From the NCBI GenBank assembly GCA_000025185.1, contig CP001848.1, positions 1,410,001 to 1,442,000 of the forward strand: DNA of 32,000 bases, written 5' to 3'. Shown here piece after piece: positions 31,889 through 32,000 of this stretch; within the stretch, counting starts at the first letter, position 1; every line of letters begins with the position of its first letter. A program made the translations under genes and the position numbers. The DNA is from Pirellula staleyi DSM 6068. GTDB taxonomy: Bacteria; Planctomycetota; Planctomycetia; Pirellulales; Pirellulaceae. Under the pieces are notes generated by a model that had not been told where the DNA came from, did not search any database, and was given only the letters and a program-made list of their open reading frames with translations.

Positions 31889-32000
31889 ATGAGACAACTA
31901 ACCACTCTGCTCGTCGTGATCGCTGGACTGCTCTTGGTAAGCAGTTCGTCGGCGCCGGCCAGTGACACTCGCGGCGTTCATCTGATCCTTCTGTCAGGCC
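31889..32000 (+). CDS. Partial CDS (5' end only), secreted protein
   Basis: ATG 31889 gives MRQLTTLLVVIAGLLLVSSSSAPASDTRGVHLILLSG, a signal-peptide-like start, and the ORF runs off the window end. Confidence 0.45.
   Translation, partial: MRQLTTLLVVIAGLLLVSSSSAPASDTRGVHLILLSG

Overview
All calls come from reading the ORF track and the sequence by eye; no homology search, HMM or RNA folding was run. Gene content (C-x-P-x-R sulfatases, an ECF sigma factor with a FecR/LamG anti-sigma, WD40 and HEAT proteins) suggests a Planctomycetota-style chromosome segment, but this is inference. The left two-thirds is accessory DNA.

(1) 68-9106: a tightly coupled four-gene + strand operon. It encodes a membrane protein with CorA-like topology, a minimal Cas10-like palm-domain protein with an intact GGDD motif and no HD domain, a 666-aa double-RAMP fusion, and a 1272-aa fusion of three Cas7-like RAMP domains. 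No CRISPR array, cas6 or cas1/cas2 is visible. The window starts only 67 nt upstream of the operon, so an upstream array cannot be excluded. This is the main candidate for a new system.

(2) 9107-10890: an ORF-poor tract after the operon. It holds a (TGAA)7 microsatellite, two diverged direct repeats of about 80-95 bp that share an exact 14-mer, and a strong hairpin plus T-run terminator.

(3) About 10.5-14.3 kb: a mobile-element remnant with an excisionase-like HTH gene, a repeat-containing hypothetical gene, and an IS5-family insertion with 19-bp inverted repeats at a CTAG site that splits a small ORF.

(4) 14.6-22.2 kb: an integron-type gene-cassette array. Small co-directional ORFs are each followed by an imperfect palindromic attC-like site (xxxxAAC ... 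GTTRRRY). There are eight good copies and one weak copy, and no integron integrase in the window.

(5) 22.2-24.1 kb: decayed or frameshifted genes.

(6) 24.1-32.0 kb: two sulfatases, a translationally coupled ECF sigma / anti-sigma / sulfatase unit, and two truncated genes lying tail to tail.
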